A stretch of 64,000 nucleotides of DNA. Source: Octopus sinensis. Its lineage: Eukaryota. Made by a program: the position numbers and the translations under genes. The stretch is from positions 15,500,001 to 15,564,000 of the forward strand of contig NC_043007.1 of assembly GCF_006345805.1 (NCBI RefSeq). Reading direction: 5' to 3'. This document shows positions 27,290 to 39,100 of this stretch, in pieces. Within the stretch, counting starts at the first letter, position 1, and each line of letters opens with the position of its first letter. The notes beneath the pieces were generated by a model, which was not told where the DNA came from, did not search any database, and saw only the letters and a list, made by a program, of their open reading frames with translations.

Positions 27290-27592
27290 TAAAGATCTTG
27301 GTGTGAACCTAGAAAGTTCTCCTCCAAGCCACATGTCCGAGCAAGGTTTTTTATGAAAGAGAAGCAGTCCCTCATGCACACCAGCCGCTCATTTCCACGC
27401 CACTGATGATATCCAAGAGAAAGACAAAGGCAAATACAGCTTGGCATCAGTGATTCAATTCTCCAGCTGAGTGAACTGGAGCAACGTGAAATAAAGAGTC
27501 TTGCTCAAGAACATAACTCACAACCCTGTTCGGAAATCGAACTCACAATCTCTGAACATTGACGCTCTAACCACTGAGCCATGCGCCTTCAC
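27290..27592 (-). mobile_element. tRNA-derived SINE with Nin/Deu-like domain, decayed
   Basis: Head GTGAAGGCGCATGGCTCAGTGGTTAGAGCG; body ..AACCTTGCTCGGACATGTGGCTTGGAGGAGAACTTTCTAGG resembles the Nin domain (from memory). Confidence 0.7.
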
Positions 27593-29468
27593 ATTGGCGA
27601 AGGAGGAAGAAGTGGATACGTATATCATTTTAAATGATAGTGGAATCGGTGTAGTTGTTGCATCCCCAAATACTCAATAAACTTTGCATTTTCTACTATA
27701 AAATGTTATTAAATTATCAAACTAAATTTGGAGTCAGTATAATCCCTGTGGGTTGTGGCCATGGATGGTAAAATTTGAATGGATTTAAGCATGCGGAACA
27801 TGTTCTACGAAATGTATGCAAGTTTTCCGACGCTCAACATCGGCCTCTGCAATAGCCGCTCAACATGGGCCTCTACAACAGAGGTGAAAATGAGCCAAAG
27901 ATCATGCCATTGTCAACAGATATGAACAAAACTTCGTTTCACCATTTATTGGTGCAGCAGCTTCTCAGTACGTGTGAAGTACACCAGTTTTATCTGCTTT
28001 CTCAATTCGTCCTTAGTCATAAAGAACACGCATACAAAGACGTATATCCTATTTCGATCAATTGAGAAATGACTTACTTTCTTTCGTGATCTTTTGTCGA
28101 CAAAATCACGGAGCAAAAAGATACAGTCTTAGCTGACTCATGTTTAAAATTCTGTCTGTCTACCAACGCCCACAAACAACAAGCAGCTGCTGCTGCATTT
28201 GTTCTCAAAAGTTCGCAGTTTCACACTCGTGCAGGTTAAAGTGTTAATATTTATGCTTCCATGCATATCTCTCTGTGCTGCTGACATTTTCTGTTGAGCT
28301 TATTTTTTATATTTAAATCAGTGATATCATTACAAAATTTTCAAAAATTGGAAGCAGATTCGTTATTTCCACGTTTGTAGTTCGAACCTCTTACTCTTTC
28401 TTCTACCAGAAGATGCCAAATTAAATTGTGAATAAAAAAAAAAGTTTACAAAATTATAAAATATTTAAACTGTTCAAGAACAAATGTTATCCTTTCCACC
28501 CCAAGTAAATTGGGTAGACGCTCAAACATTCTAATGTCCTTTGTGGCAAAACTGAGAAACTGAAAAGAAAAAAATAGAAAACTTGCTCTCTATCAAATTT
28601 AACAATTCTTTCCCAAAACCATATTACACACGCCCGTTCATCACAAAAACACAGTCTACAAAAACAAATACAACAACAACAGCAGGAATAATGATAATAA
28701 TAAAAAAAGAAAGAGGGTAGCTATAATTTTTGTTATGATTCACTTGTTTGTCTCTGAAGTGTAACATATCTCCCGAACAGTTTGAAGTTTAGGTCAAACG
28801 TCCTCTGAAAAAAAAATACAAATATAATAACGCCATATAATCTAAATGGGAGAAATAGCCGGCGGATCCGTTACACAGAAACCCTACATAACAGAGTTAT
28901 TTGAAATAAAAGGGAAGTGTCGAAAGCACTTTAGAATGCTAGAATGCTTTTAGGAAGTTAATGCATTATTGATTTGAGATTAACACCCATCATTTGATTA
29001 CTATAAATCTAATATTCAGCATATTGTTCAACATCAATTATTTTCCTAACTAGAAACTTCAGTTCTGCTGTTTTCGTTATTACATTTTTGTTTCGATTAT
29101 TTGTCACTCTTTGAATTCAAAGTTATTTTGTTCAATGTTTGTGTCTGTCTTTCTTTTCGTTTTGTTTGATTTCTTTTTTACCATAACTAGTAGTGTTTGC
29201 TTGTTAATAATGAACAACGAACTACAAAGTTCTAGCATGAAATCCGGATGCCTTACTAAGTAGGCTTTATCACAACACACTTTAAAGCTCGATGGTTATG
29301 TCATTGAGAAACAAAGAGGTGCTGGGAGAATAAATAAGAATTACCTTTGTACTACTACAGGAGTTACAAACACATCTATCTATCTATAAAGATAGAGAGA
29401 AACAGAGAATATTTATGCACAATATTATATGCATATATAGATAAGCTAAGACATACACACGTGTATAT

Positions 29469-29511
<43 letters not shown>

Positions 29512-29515
<4 letters not shown>

Positions 29516-29718
29516 ATATGTGACAATTATTCGGTAGCCATGATAAAACTCCGAGTTTCGGATGCCGAGGTTGAAATCCATGGCTTCGGCATCCGAAACT
29601 CGGAGTTTTATCATGGCTACCGAATAATTGCCACATATTACTTTTACAGATAAATTCCTCTATTTACATAATATCGAAGTCTCTTTCATTATTTTGCTGT
29701 CTTACCATTTTTATCAAT
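29512..29718 (+). mobile_element. PLE-like short element with a fold-back hairpin (29512-29642), between (TA)n tracts
   Basis: Near-perfect ~58-bp arms; right arm and tail are homologous to 38431-38585. Confidence 0.75.
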
Positions 29719-29749
29719 ATATATATATGGTTAGTCCACATTACACCGT

Positions 29750-29938
29750 GAGAAGCGCGGGGCCGTAAGACGCATGGGGCCATAACAAGTGTAGGGCTGT
29801 AAGAAGCGTGGGGGCCAGTTTCTCGGTTCCTCTGATGTCTGTAGTCTTCCCTAGATTGGAGCAACATGAAATGAAGTGTTTTGCTGAAGAATACAATGCA
29901 TCATCTGTTCCATGAATGAAAATCACAATCTGCGATCA
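29750..29938 (-). mobile_element. Decayed SINE family C lacking its head
   Basis: TGGAGCAACATGAAATGAAGTGTTTTGCTGAAGAATACAATGC matches the 2061 copy. Confidence 0.7.
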
Positions 29939-30352
29939 AATTCATCCTATGGTCGCGGAACTGTTTCGAGAGGGAAACGCGATCTTTCAGAATGATAATA
30001 TACCAATTCACACAGCTAAAGTTGTTACTGAATGACACGTAGAACATTCTAGTGACGTTGAACATCTTATCTGGTCACCACAGTCCCCAGATCTCAATAT
30101 TATTGAACATTTATGGTGCATTTTAGAAAAAAAAAACTAAGGAGTCGATATCTTCCACCATCATCACTACAAGAACTTGAGACTGTATCAGCTGAATAAT
30201 GGTCACAAATTACTTTGGAAACAATTCAAAGTTTGTGCGAGTCAATAGCTCGTAGAATTGAAGCTGTAATTACTGCCAAAGGCGGTCCTACCCTATATTA
30301 AATCAAATTCGTTTGAAATTTTAAGGTGTTTCCATTATTTTGTGCAACCCCA
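29934..30352 (+). mobile_element. Tc1-family transposon, 3' part (D..E region, stop codon, TIR), DD36E spacing
   Basis: DQIHPMVAELF..QNDNIPIHTAKVVTE*HVEHSSDVEHLIWSPQSPDLNIIEHLW..RRIEAVITAKGGPTLY*, then GGTGTTTCCATTATTTTGTGCAACCCC matching the TIR at 5506-5534. Confidence 0.92.
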
Positions 30353-30444
30353 TTATATATATAAACAATTGCAGCGTGGAAGGTATTTATAAGCCATTTA
30401 AGAAACACAAAATCCGTTAGATTCATTTCAAAATCTAAATTTAA

Positions 30445-30495
30445 TTTGTCAAAATATTTTTGTTACTTTGAGACCGCGATCTGTTCACTGACAAA
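30445..30495 (-). ncRNA. Decayed G3:C8-variant hammerhead motif
   Basis: TTTGTCA-GTGAACA-G-ATCGC..GTAAC-AAAA-ATAT-TT-TGACAAA; homologous to 56344-56388. Confidence 0.45.
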
Positions 30496-30614
30496 ATTCT
30501 GTGCTGCATCTCTGGAAACAGCTGTAAGACCTTCTATCTAGAAATGTTCTAAAATCTACTCAGCTTTAAGTTTTTTTAATCTAATTACGATAAAAGAATT
30601 ATATATATATATTC

Positions 30615-30932
30615 AAATGAATAATCACAGACGATAGATAATTGTCAGCTCATTAAAGATATTTCTTACGCATTTTTAAAATAGAAGTATGAGAACATGA
30701 GTTCATTACAAAAAGCCGTAATCATCAGATGAAACGTAATTTCAGAAAGAAAAGAATATTCCAAGAATACAGTAGAGATGTGCCTGAAGTCTGTCGAAAC
30801 TAATTATGTAAAATTGCGTTTCATCTGATGATTACGGTTTTTTGTAATGGAGTAATGTTCTCATTCTTCTATTAAAATTGCGTTTGAAACAGCTGTAATG
30901 AATGACAGTTAACAATCGTCTGTTATTCATTT
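30615..30932. mobile_element. Fold-back PLE-like element
   Basis: Imperfect ~125-bp inverted arms, each containing a hammerhead-like core. Confidence 0.7.
30820..30902 (+). ncRNA. Type I hammerhead motif with long stem II insert
   Basis: TTCAT-CTGATGA-TTACG..CGTTT-GAAA-CAGCTG-TA-ATGAA; the opposite arm preserves CGTAA, completing stem II. Confidence 0.65.
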
Positions 30933-32784
30933 CATTATAATATACCAAGGGGCTTTTAGGACTTGTCGAACAAAGTGTGTTTCCGTCCATGACTTGGCGT
31001 TTCAGCAAAAGAGTCCAATAAAATAGGTGCCACTCTTAAAAGAATGTATTGGGGTCGATTCATTCAATTACAAAGTCTTGAAGGTAGTGCCCCAACATGG
31101 TCGCAGTTGGTTACCTTGCTTTCGAGATAAAAGTGGCAGCCGATAGGACGCTTTACAAGCGGTCCTCTGCCCTTCCACAAGAAACGACAGGGCATTAGTT
31201 CCAAATTGTTCAGCATGATGGTCAGGTGGTATGTGATTACAGATGCGATAGAGAAACAAGTGGAATGATCAACTCAAACCCTTTATAAATACCTCCAGAC
31301 ACACACAGTCACACTGGCAAATACTTATACATACATGCACATATATTTACTTATATGCATGTATGTATGTATATGCGTAAATGTGTGTGAGATAATGTGT
31401 GTATACATATATTGGGTGAAAAATTCTTGCATCAGCGTGGAATCAAGCAGTCATCAAGTAGAGTTTAGATAAATGGGATTCATGAACACCAACTTCATCA
31501 GAGTGAAGTACTCCATAGGTAGAAGCATTTGCTAGAAGAACGGCAGTCATTCGTAAATCAAAGACGAATGACTGACAAACAAGTACATGTGTAAAGTTAG
31601 TATTTATATTAGAATTTGTATGTTGTTCAATGTACATGGTGTAAGTAAGTTTTCACTTTACAGCTGTTTCAAATTATCAGTCAGTGGTTGATATAGCAAG
31701 GAGCTGTGATACTGATGTAATATTAATCACATGAATGGGCGCAAAGATAGTATCAGCTAGCACGAATCTTGATAGCTAACTTCCTTCGTCCAACAAATTT
31801 ACGACGTATCCTGGAGAAAACTGATACTTTAATATCTATGACGAAGAAATAGATATGGAGTGACTTAATGTGGTAATTTTCAACTGACATTTAGTAATAT
31901 TAGATATTTAATTGTCTCATACCCTTGTTTTGCCTTTTATACCTCTTGAGTATTAGCATGCATATGTATGAGTCTCCATCTCCCCTGATGTAGTTTGTTA
32001 TTTTTACGATAGTTTTCCTTCGACGCCAGAGTCACTATAATTTGGCGTCTTCGGTGAATTAAAATATTGGCGTTATACGTTTTTCACCGAGACGAATACA
32101 TTTTCAAATTTTTAGAAATGTAAAAGTTTAAGTGTGAAAATTCTTCTCACCAAGCTATAAAATTGAAATTTAATAATCTAAGTAGCTCTCGCTTCATTCT
32201 CTATTCCATACCATGCGTAATTAGTTGTATTTGTGACAGGTGCATTCAAAGTCCTTCAAGCAGACTATTTAACTAATAGACGAACTTGCAAACCGAGGTC
32301 AAATTTAAGCATAACTAAAGCAAAACTTGAAGGAATGAGTCATGGTGATTAGGTTGGTGCAGCGAAACAACACAATACATGTTCTTTATTTCGTTCTCTA
32401 ACTAACAAAGCCAAACAAGTATCAAATTTTAACTAAAATATTATATGTCAATTCGTCCAGAGAAATTTCAGTTGCGTGAATCAAGATTATTGCACAAGTC
32501 TTAGAATTGAACATATTAAATTGAGATTACTGATGTAAAAGATTGAAAGTTAATAGTTAGTAATTGGTATACGTAATTATGTCATCGCGAGCAAATATTG
32601 GCAACTTCTCGACTGAACCAAGATGTGTAAACTGTGGCGGGAAAACACTGAATCAGCACTTTCTTCTGTGTTATACATTAAGGGCACAAAGCTCTATCCT
32701 GTGAAACAACCGAGCCTGCGATTTTATGATCCTAACATCATAACCCCTAAACCAAGCACAAACACACACATATATGTATATATA

Positions 32785-32829
<45 letters not shown>

Positions 32830-32909
32830 TATAATGGACTCTCTCGTCGTTAGACGGCGTATGAGGGTTCTACCATTTCTTGGTGAACAACCACACTGTG
32901 TTCGTACAC

Positions 32910-33195
32910 TTTCTATCGACCCCGAAGGGATGAAAAGCGAAGTTGACTTTGGTGAAATTTGAACTTAGAACGTAAAACCGGAATAACTGTAGTAAAACAC
33001 TTTGTCCGGCGTGATAACTATCCGACCTTCTAACAACTCAATCAATCAACCGCCCTGAGTTCGTACATTTTATATCGATCCCGAAGGGATGAAAAGTTGA
33101 CTTCAACGGCATTTGAACTCAGGTCGTAAAACCGAAACAACCGTTGCCAAACATTTTTTCTGGTGTACTAACGATTCTGCTAGTGCGTTGCCTTA
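32910..33195 (-). mobile_element. Two decayed family A SINE fragments
   Basis: ATCGACCCCGAAGGGATGAAAAG..TTTGAACT motifs occur twice. Confidence 0.7.
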
Positions 33196-33301
33196 AATCA
33201 GAACACCTAACGTAAGGCATTCTTACCTAAAGTCTTTCTAACAGAGCATTGTCAAAACAAAACAATTTATTCCAACTTAACTATATTTAATTTTTCTACG
33301 T

Positions 33302-33684
33302 GTGGAAGCACTCCGTCGGTTACGACGATGAGGGTTCCGGTTGATCCGATCAACGGAACAGCCTGCTCGTGAAATTAACGTATAAGTGGCTGAGCACTCC
33401 ACAGACACGTGTACCCTTAACGTAGTTCTCGGGGATATTCAGCGTGACACAGAGAGTGACAAGGCCGGCCCTTTGAAATACAGGTACAACAGAAACAGGA
33501 AGTAAGAGTGAGAGAAAGTTGTAGTGAAAGAGTACAGCAGGGATCACCACCATCCCTGCCGGAGCCTCGTGGAGCTTTAGGTGTTTTCGCTCAATAAACA
33601 CTCACAACGCCCGGTCTGGGAATGGAAACCGCGATCCTACGACCGCGAATCCGCTGCGCTAACCACTGGGCCTTTGCGCCTCCA
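33302..33684 (-). mobile_element. SINE family B, full length with 13-bp TSD
   Basis: TSD AATTTTTCTACGT at 33289-33301 and 33685-33697. Confidence 0.93.
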
Positions 33685-34310
33685 AATTTTTCTACGTAGT
33701 ACAGCTGTAAACATCTAAACTAATGTCTCGTCATGTTAACTAACCTATATTAGGTATATTATTACGTTTTGTTTCACTGTCTGCTATGGCAGACGATAAC
33801 ATGTTTCCTCAGACGTTAATATCTTTTGTTTGCTTTTTCTGGAATCTTCTTCCATTTATTTCAATAATGTCTCCTCTCTAACTGAATAGATCAACAGTAG
33901 CTCAAAGACGGTGAAACATCAATAAGTTTATAAGAATTCATAAACTGGCTTGTTGGGAAAGCTCACAGGTTCTCCAAGACACCATTATTAACTCTAGTAC
34001 AAGATTCTTAAAGTCTACATCGATATCGATATATTTGTTTTGATAATGTGATGTAATTTTTTCATTACAGTTATTGTTAAAGAAACGGTCTGGTTTATAT
34101 TGGTGAGACACAGCGCTTTCCTGCTTTCCCATGTTAAGAGATTTATAGAGACTTTTAATGAGGAATAGTCGTTCAAAGATGAGTCATGCCCGCTGACCCA
34201 AATCCAACCAGGATGAATTCAATATTATTTAAATGTCTAGCTCTGTAATAGTTTTCTATATTTATACAAGCTACGTAATTATCTAATTCCGAATATATTT
34301 CACAATAGTT

Positions 34311-34352
<42 letters not shown>

Positions 34353-34457
34353 CACACACAAACATACACACGCACACACACACGTGTGTGTGTGTGTAGA
34401 AGTAGGTATGCATTATTGAATGCTGGAAGTCCATCCCTGTCTCTTACCTTCATTCTC

Positions 34458-34498
<41 letters not shown>

Positions 34499-34718
34499 CT
34501 CTCACGTTGTCCTTTCTTGTCTTTGTCTCACACTTCTCCCCTATCTTTTCTTTTATCCACTCCTCCCTCTCCTTTCTATGCTAGCCGCACATCCGTTTCA
34601 TTCCCGCGTATTTTTCTTCCCTTCACCTCACCCTTTTTCACCTTCATATTCTATCTTTATGCTTCTAACTTTTCTTCCTCCCGCCCTGCCAATCTCATAT
34701 CTTCTTTCTCCCTCCCTC

Positions 34719-34753
<35 letters not shown>

Positions 34754-35161
34754 TCACCCTCCCCAACTCCCCCGTCTTCTCTATTTGATTACACTCCTCT
34801 TCACTCAGTAATATTACCTTTTATAGAAGAAAGTTGATCACATGTACACCTTTGTGGCTGCACCTACTTATCAGCATCTGTACTAAATATACTTACTTAT
34901 CTTTTTTTAAGTGGCAGTCCTCTGAAGACGTCATTTTTCTGTCGCGTCCTCCCTGGCCTACTTTTGTGTCTATGTAACAATATATAGATTCTTACAGAAA
35001 ATTATACATATGTTTGTGTGTGCGTGGATGTGTATATATATATATATATATATTTACCGAAGTGTACGGTATAATAATCCATTACAGCCGATGTTACCAA
35101 TAGGTTTCGCTCTAGGGTTCAAGTGGATGTTAAGGTAACAGTCCAATTATGTATATCTGCG

Positions 35162-35192
<31 letters not shown>

Positions 35193-35588
35193 CATACCTA
35201 TATGAGAGAGATTCGTGCGTGCGAGTGTATGTTTGTGTGTATGTGTGTGCGTGTGTACACGTCAAGTCGGCTATGATTGCTACAGGTTCCGCGTAAATCA
35301 GTACAACCTGTTGCATGGTTGCGTCGCCAGTGACTAAACCGGCATAGCTAGTAAGCCAACTTGGTGAGAAGGAAGAAGTTTTGCCACCCTGTGGGGGTGA
35401 GAAGCAAAACATATCAGAGGGCTCAGGAGTGCCAACGGCCATTGAATTTTACAAGTTTCTTTTTTTTTTTATTGGGTTGCTGGATGTGTGTATATGTTGT
35501 ATTTGAATGTGTGAACATGAGGTGGGTCCAACGCCACGTACCAAAATATTTGGCATTTCATTTATATTACGTTATTACTGTGATGAAT

Positions 35589-35830
35589 GGAGGCGCGTGG
35601 CTTAGTGTGTCAGCATCGTGATAGTAAGATTGCGGTTTCGATTCCTTGACATGGCGACGCGTTGTGTTCTTGAGCAAAACACTTCATTTCACGTTGCTCC
35701 AGTCCACTCAGTTGGCTAAAATGAGTAACGCTGCGATGGACTGACGTCTCATCCCGCTGGCGAACACACACGTCATGGAAACTGGGAAACCGGACCCATG
35801 ATACTGGCTAGGGTTTAAAAGGGCGCATAT
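35589..35830 (+). mobile_element. SINE family C
   Basis: Homologous to 2061-2321; flanked by TATTACTGTGATGA direct repeats. Confidence 0.88.
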
Positions 35831-36068
35831 ATTATTTGTTTTTATATTACTGTGATGATTCGTCTTGTTCTTCATGTTCAAGTACGTGTGCACCTATCGT
35901 TGTTTTTTATTTTTTAAATTCAATTTGGAAAAACCCAAGCTTTGCTTTGACAATTCCGGAGCTTATTGAAATTATTTTTGTGTGTGACTTTTGGCCCTCT
36001 CGATATATCCTCATCATATATATGTGAAACCGTTGAATCCTTCCTCTCGCCATTTTTTTTTCTCACCC

Positions 36069-36104
36069 CTATCTGTCGAAGAGCGTAGGTTCGAAAGGTA
36101 AGAC
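36069..36104 (+). ncRNA. Decayed minimal hammerhead-like motif
   Basis: CTGTCGA-A-GAGC(GTAG)GTTC-GAAA-GG-TA; core substitutions present. Confidence 0.35.
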
Positions 36105-36162
36105 TTTTACATTCTTGCTGAGCATCAAACAAATACACTTGTATTCATTTTTTGCTTTCCTC

Positions 36163-36214
<52 letters not shown>

Positions 36215-36308
36215 TTAATCCAAACATGAACAAGCAAGAAAAGCAAAAACGCAAGGACTTGGAATAAGTATAGCGATACTGGACGCTAAGGAAAGGAAAG
36301 AAAAGAGG

Positions 36309-36343
36309 ATTTCACGTTTCAAGCGGAGCTCTTCGTCAGAAAT
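36309..36343 (-). ncRNA. Minimal hammerhead motif with non-permissive cleavage base
   Basis: ATTT-CTGACGA-A-GAGC(TCC)GCTT-GAAA-CG-TG-AAAT; position 17 is G. Confidence 0.55.
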
Positions 36344-36423
36344 ATAAAGCATGTCCAAAGAAGGGAAGACGGAGAAAGAAAATCGCCAACGACCCACACG
36401 TGGTCACATATTGAAATGACCGG

Positions 36424-36475
<52 letters not shown>

Positions 36476-36477
<2 letters not shown>

Positions 36478-36741
36478 TGAGAAAGTTGGTGTGTGAAAGC
36501 ACGTGGTTGGATATATAGAAAATAGTAAAAGGTGAAAAAACTACAGAAGGCCTGTTTTATAAGGTTAAAGAATATATTTGAGTCATTATGTTGGAAGAAT
36601 GTTATAAATTTTTTTCATACAGTAACATAGTTTTTGAAACTGTATGAAAAAAATTAATAACATTCTTCCAACATAATGACTCAAATATATTCTTTAACCT
36701 TATAAAACAAGCCTTCTGTAGTTTTTTCACTTTTTACTGTT

Positions 36742-36750
<9 letters not shown>
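36476..36750. mobile_element. Fold-back element in (TA)n (hairpin 36512-36750)
   Basis: ~112-bp near-perfect arms with a 15-nt loop; same family as 38639-38802. Confidence 0.75.
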
Positions 36751-36775
<25 letters not shown>

Positions 36776-37444
36776 TTATGTATATATCTATGTATATATG
36801 TATTATACGGCACTATTCTTTCAGTTTTTGTTCATTAAATCCAAGCACAGGGATTTGTTGGAGCCGGGTCTAAGGTAGAAAACACTTTCCCTGAAGTGTC
36901 ACGCAGAGAGATTTTACCGGGAGCTTTGTGGCTAGGAACCAAACATGTTACCAGGCCAGCGCTAATGTATAAGTAAATGTGCGTGTGTGCGTATGTGTGC
37001 GTGTATGTGTGTGTGCGTGCGTGTGAAAATTCATATTAGCAAAGGCTACTCTTGGAATATGCCTTGTTTATACTCCATAGTCATTTGGTACTTTTAAATC
37101 TTTTTCGTCACTACCAGTCTAGCGACATCGAAATGTTACTAAGTGTAACACATGTTAAACAAGTACTTATCGCAATAAAAATTAAGGCGTGAGTAATATG
37201 GCGCCCATTTTAATGTTCTTTCTAGTGTTTATGAAGATTTTAATATATTACAAACACAGAGGACGTGTCTAGCGTCAGTGCCTTCGGCGTATTACGCGGG
37301 CGGTAAAAATGAAATTATATGGTTGACTTGGGCGGGCGACGATACACATTACTTGCTGTGTCATATGATTGTATCCTTTGATGAAGTGGAGCCATTTGCA
37401 CACACACACACATACACACAGACACACACACACACAATTATGTT

Positions 37445-37922
37445 TATATATCTATATATAAAAATATATGTATATATATATATATAGAGAGAGAGAGAGA
37501 TAGATAGATAGATATACAAATACAAACATATATACATACATATATATATATATATATATACACACACGCATATATTTATAAACATATAATATATATAATA
37601 TATATATATGTACACACACACATATATATACACACATATATATATACATATATATACTTATATATATACATATATATATAAGTATATGAATATATACATA
37701 CATACATACATATATATACTTATATATATACATATATATATAAGTATATGAATATATACATACATACATACATATATATACTTATATATACATATATATA
37801 CTTATATGTATATATACATACATATATATACATATATATATACATATATATACGTATATGTATATATACATACATACATACATACATATATATATACACA
37901 CAAACATATATATATATACGTA
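37445..37922. repeat. TA/TACA-rich low-complexity tract
   Basis: Direct. Confidence 0.93.
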
Positions 37923-38420
37923 TAATTAAAGAAAAGGATAAAATCTTTATAAGAATTCATCAAGTTGTCGCCGTGAAAAAACCTCCTAAAATGTTCGCTT
38001 TGAGCATTTTTACTCTTTTACTTTTTATATTCGTATCGCTTTATATTTTTTACACATTTTTCTATATTTTACCTTTCACCCTGCTTCTTTCTTGTGCATG
38101 TGTGTATATAGACGTTTATACGAACCATTTTTGTGTGCGGGTGTGTATATATTTTTGGGTGAATGTGTGGGTGCGCGTACTTCAAACGAGTGTGGATGAG
38201 CATATGCATATAGGCACATTTACGTGGGTTTGCGCGCGCGCATTTCTATGTATGGACATGCGCGATTACTATGAGCATTTTTTCTCCTTTACTTTTACCG
38301 GTTCCCCTTCAGTTTCTTTCGTCGGTCATTCTAATAGCTCTTTTGTCTTAATAACGGTCAATAACATAGTAATTTCCTTTTGTTTAACGGTCATTTTCAT
38401 AGCATATTTTGCTTGCCTCA

Positions 38421-38479
38421 GTAACTGAAGAGATGCCGGTGTGGGTTTCCACCCCAAAATCTGAAACTCGGAATTTTAT
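38421..38479 (+). ncRNA. Decayed hammerhead motif in a PLE-like element (element runs to ~38585)
   Basis: GTAA-CTGAAGA-GATG..ATCT-GAAA-CTCGGAA-TT-TTAT; the homologue at 29.5 kb preserves stem II GGATGCCGAGG/CTTCGGCATCC and GAAACTCGGAGTT. Confidence 0.5.
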
Positions 38480-38584
38480 CATGGCAACTGAATAATTGTC
38501 ACATATTATATTTACAGATAAATTACTTTATTTATATAATATCGAGGTCTCTTTCATTCTTTTGTTGCCTTACCATTACTATCA

Positions 38585-38638
<54 letters not shown>

Positions 38639-38640
<2 letters not shown>

Positions 38641-38793
38641 TGAGAAAGTTGGTGTGTGAAAGCACGTGGTTGAATATATAGAAAATAGTAAAAAGTGAAA
38701 AAACTACAGAAGGCTTGTTTTAGAAGGTTAAAAAATATATACTTTTTAACCTTCTAAAACAAGCCTTCTGTAGTTTTTTCACTTTTTACTATT

Positions 38794-38802
<9 letters not shown>
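38639..38802. mobile_element. Fold-back element in (TA)n (hairpin 38675-38802)
   Basis: ~60-bp perfect arms; same left leader as 36476. Confidence 0.75.
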
Positions 38803-38832
<30 letters not shown>

Positions 38833-38978
38833 AGAAAATGGAGAGAATCCAGATGTAGTATTCATCAGCTGTTACACATTACACTATGTCTATTTATGTA
38901 TTTTAAACAGTTCAGATAATATATAAATACATGTGTAAAGTATTAGTAATTTCTAAAACAGAGACAGAAGAGTAGTTT

Positions 38979-39100
38979 CTTACAGCTGTTTCAGCGAAGA
39001 GGTCACAGTACCCCATATATTATTTCCATCTTTTCAGTGTATTGTGGTAATCTGTAGATAAAATTACGGTACTTGGATATGCCTCTAGGCTTCATCAGAG
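38979..39100 (-). ncRNA. Type I hammerhead motif with ~100-nt stem II domain
   Basis: CT-CTGATGA-AGC(CT)AGAGG..CCTCT(TC)GCT-GAAA-CAGCTG-TA-AG. Confidence 0.6.

Noticed and set aside
35085-35116. GAAACCTATTGGTA hammerhead 3' half on the minus strand
   Set aside because: No CUGANGA half nearby; cannot be supported alone.
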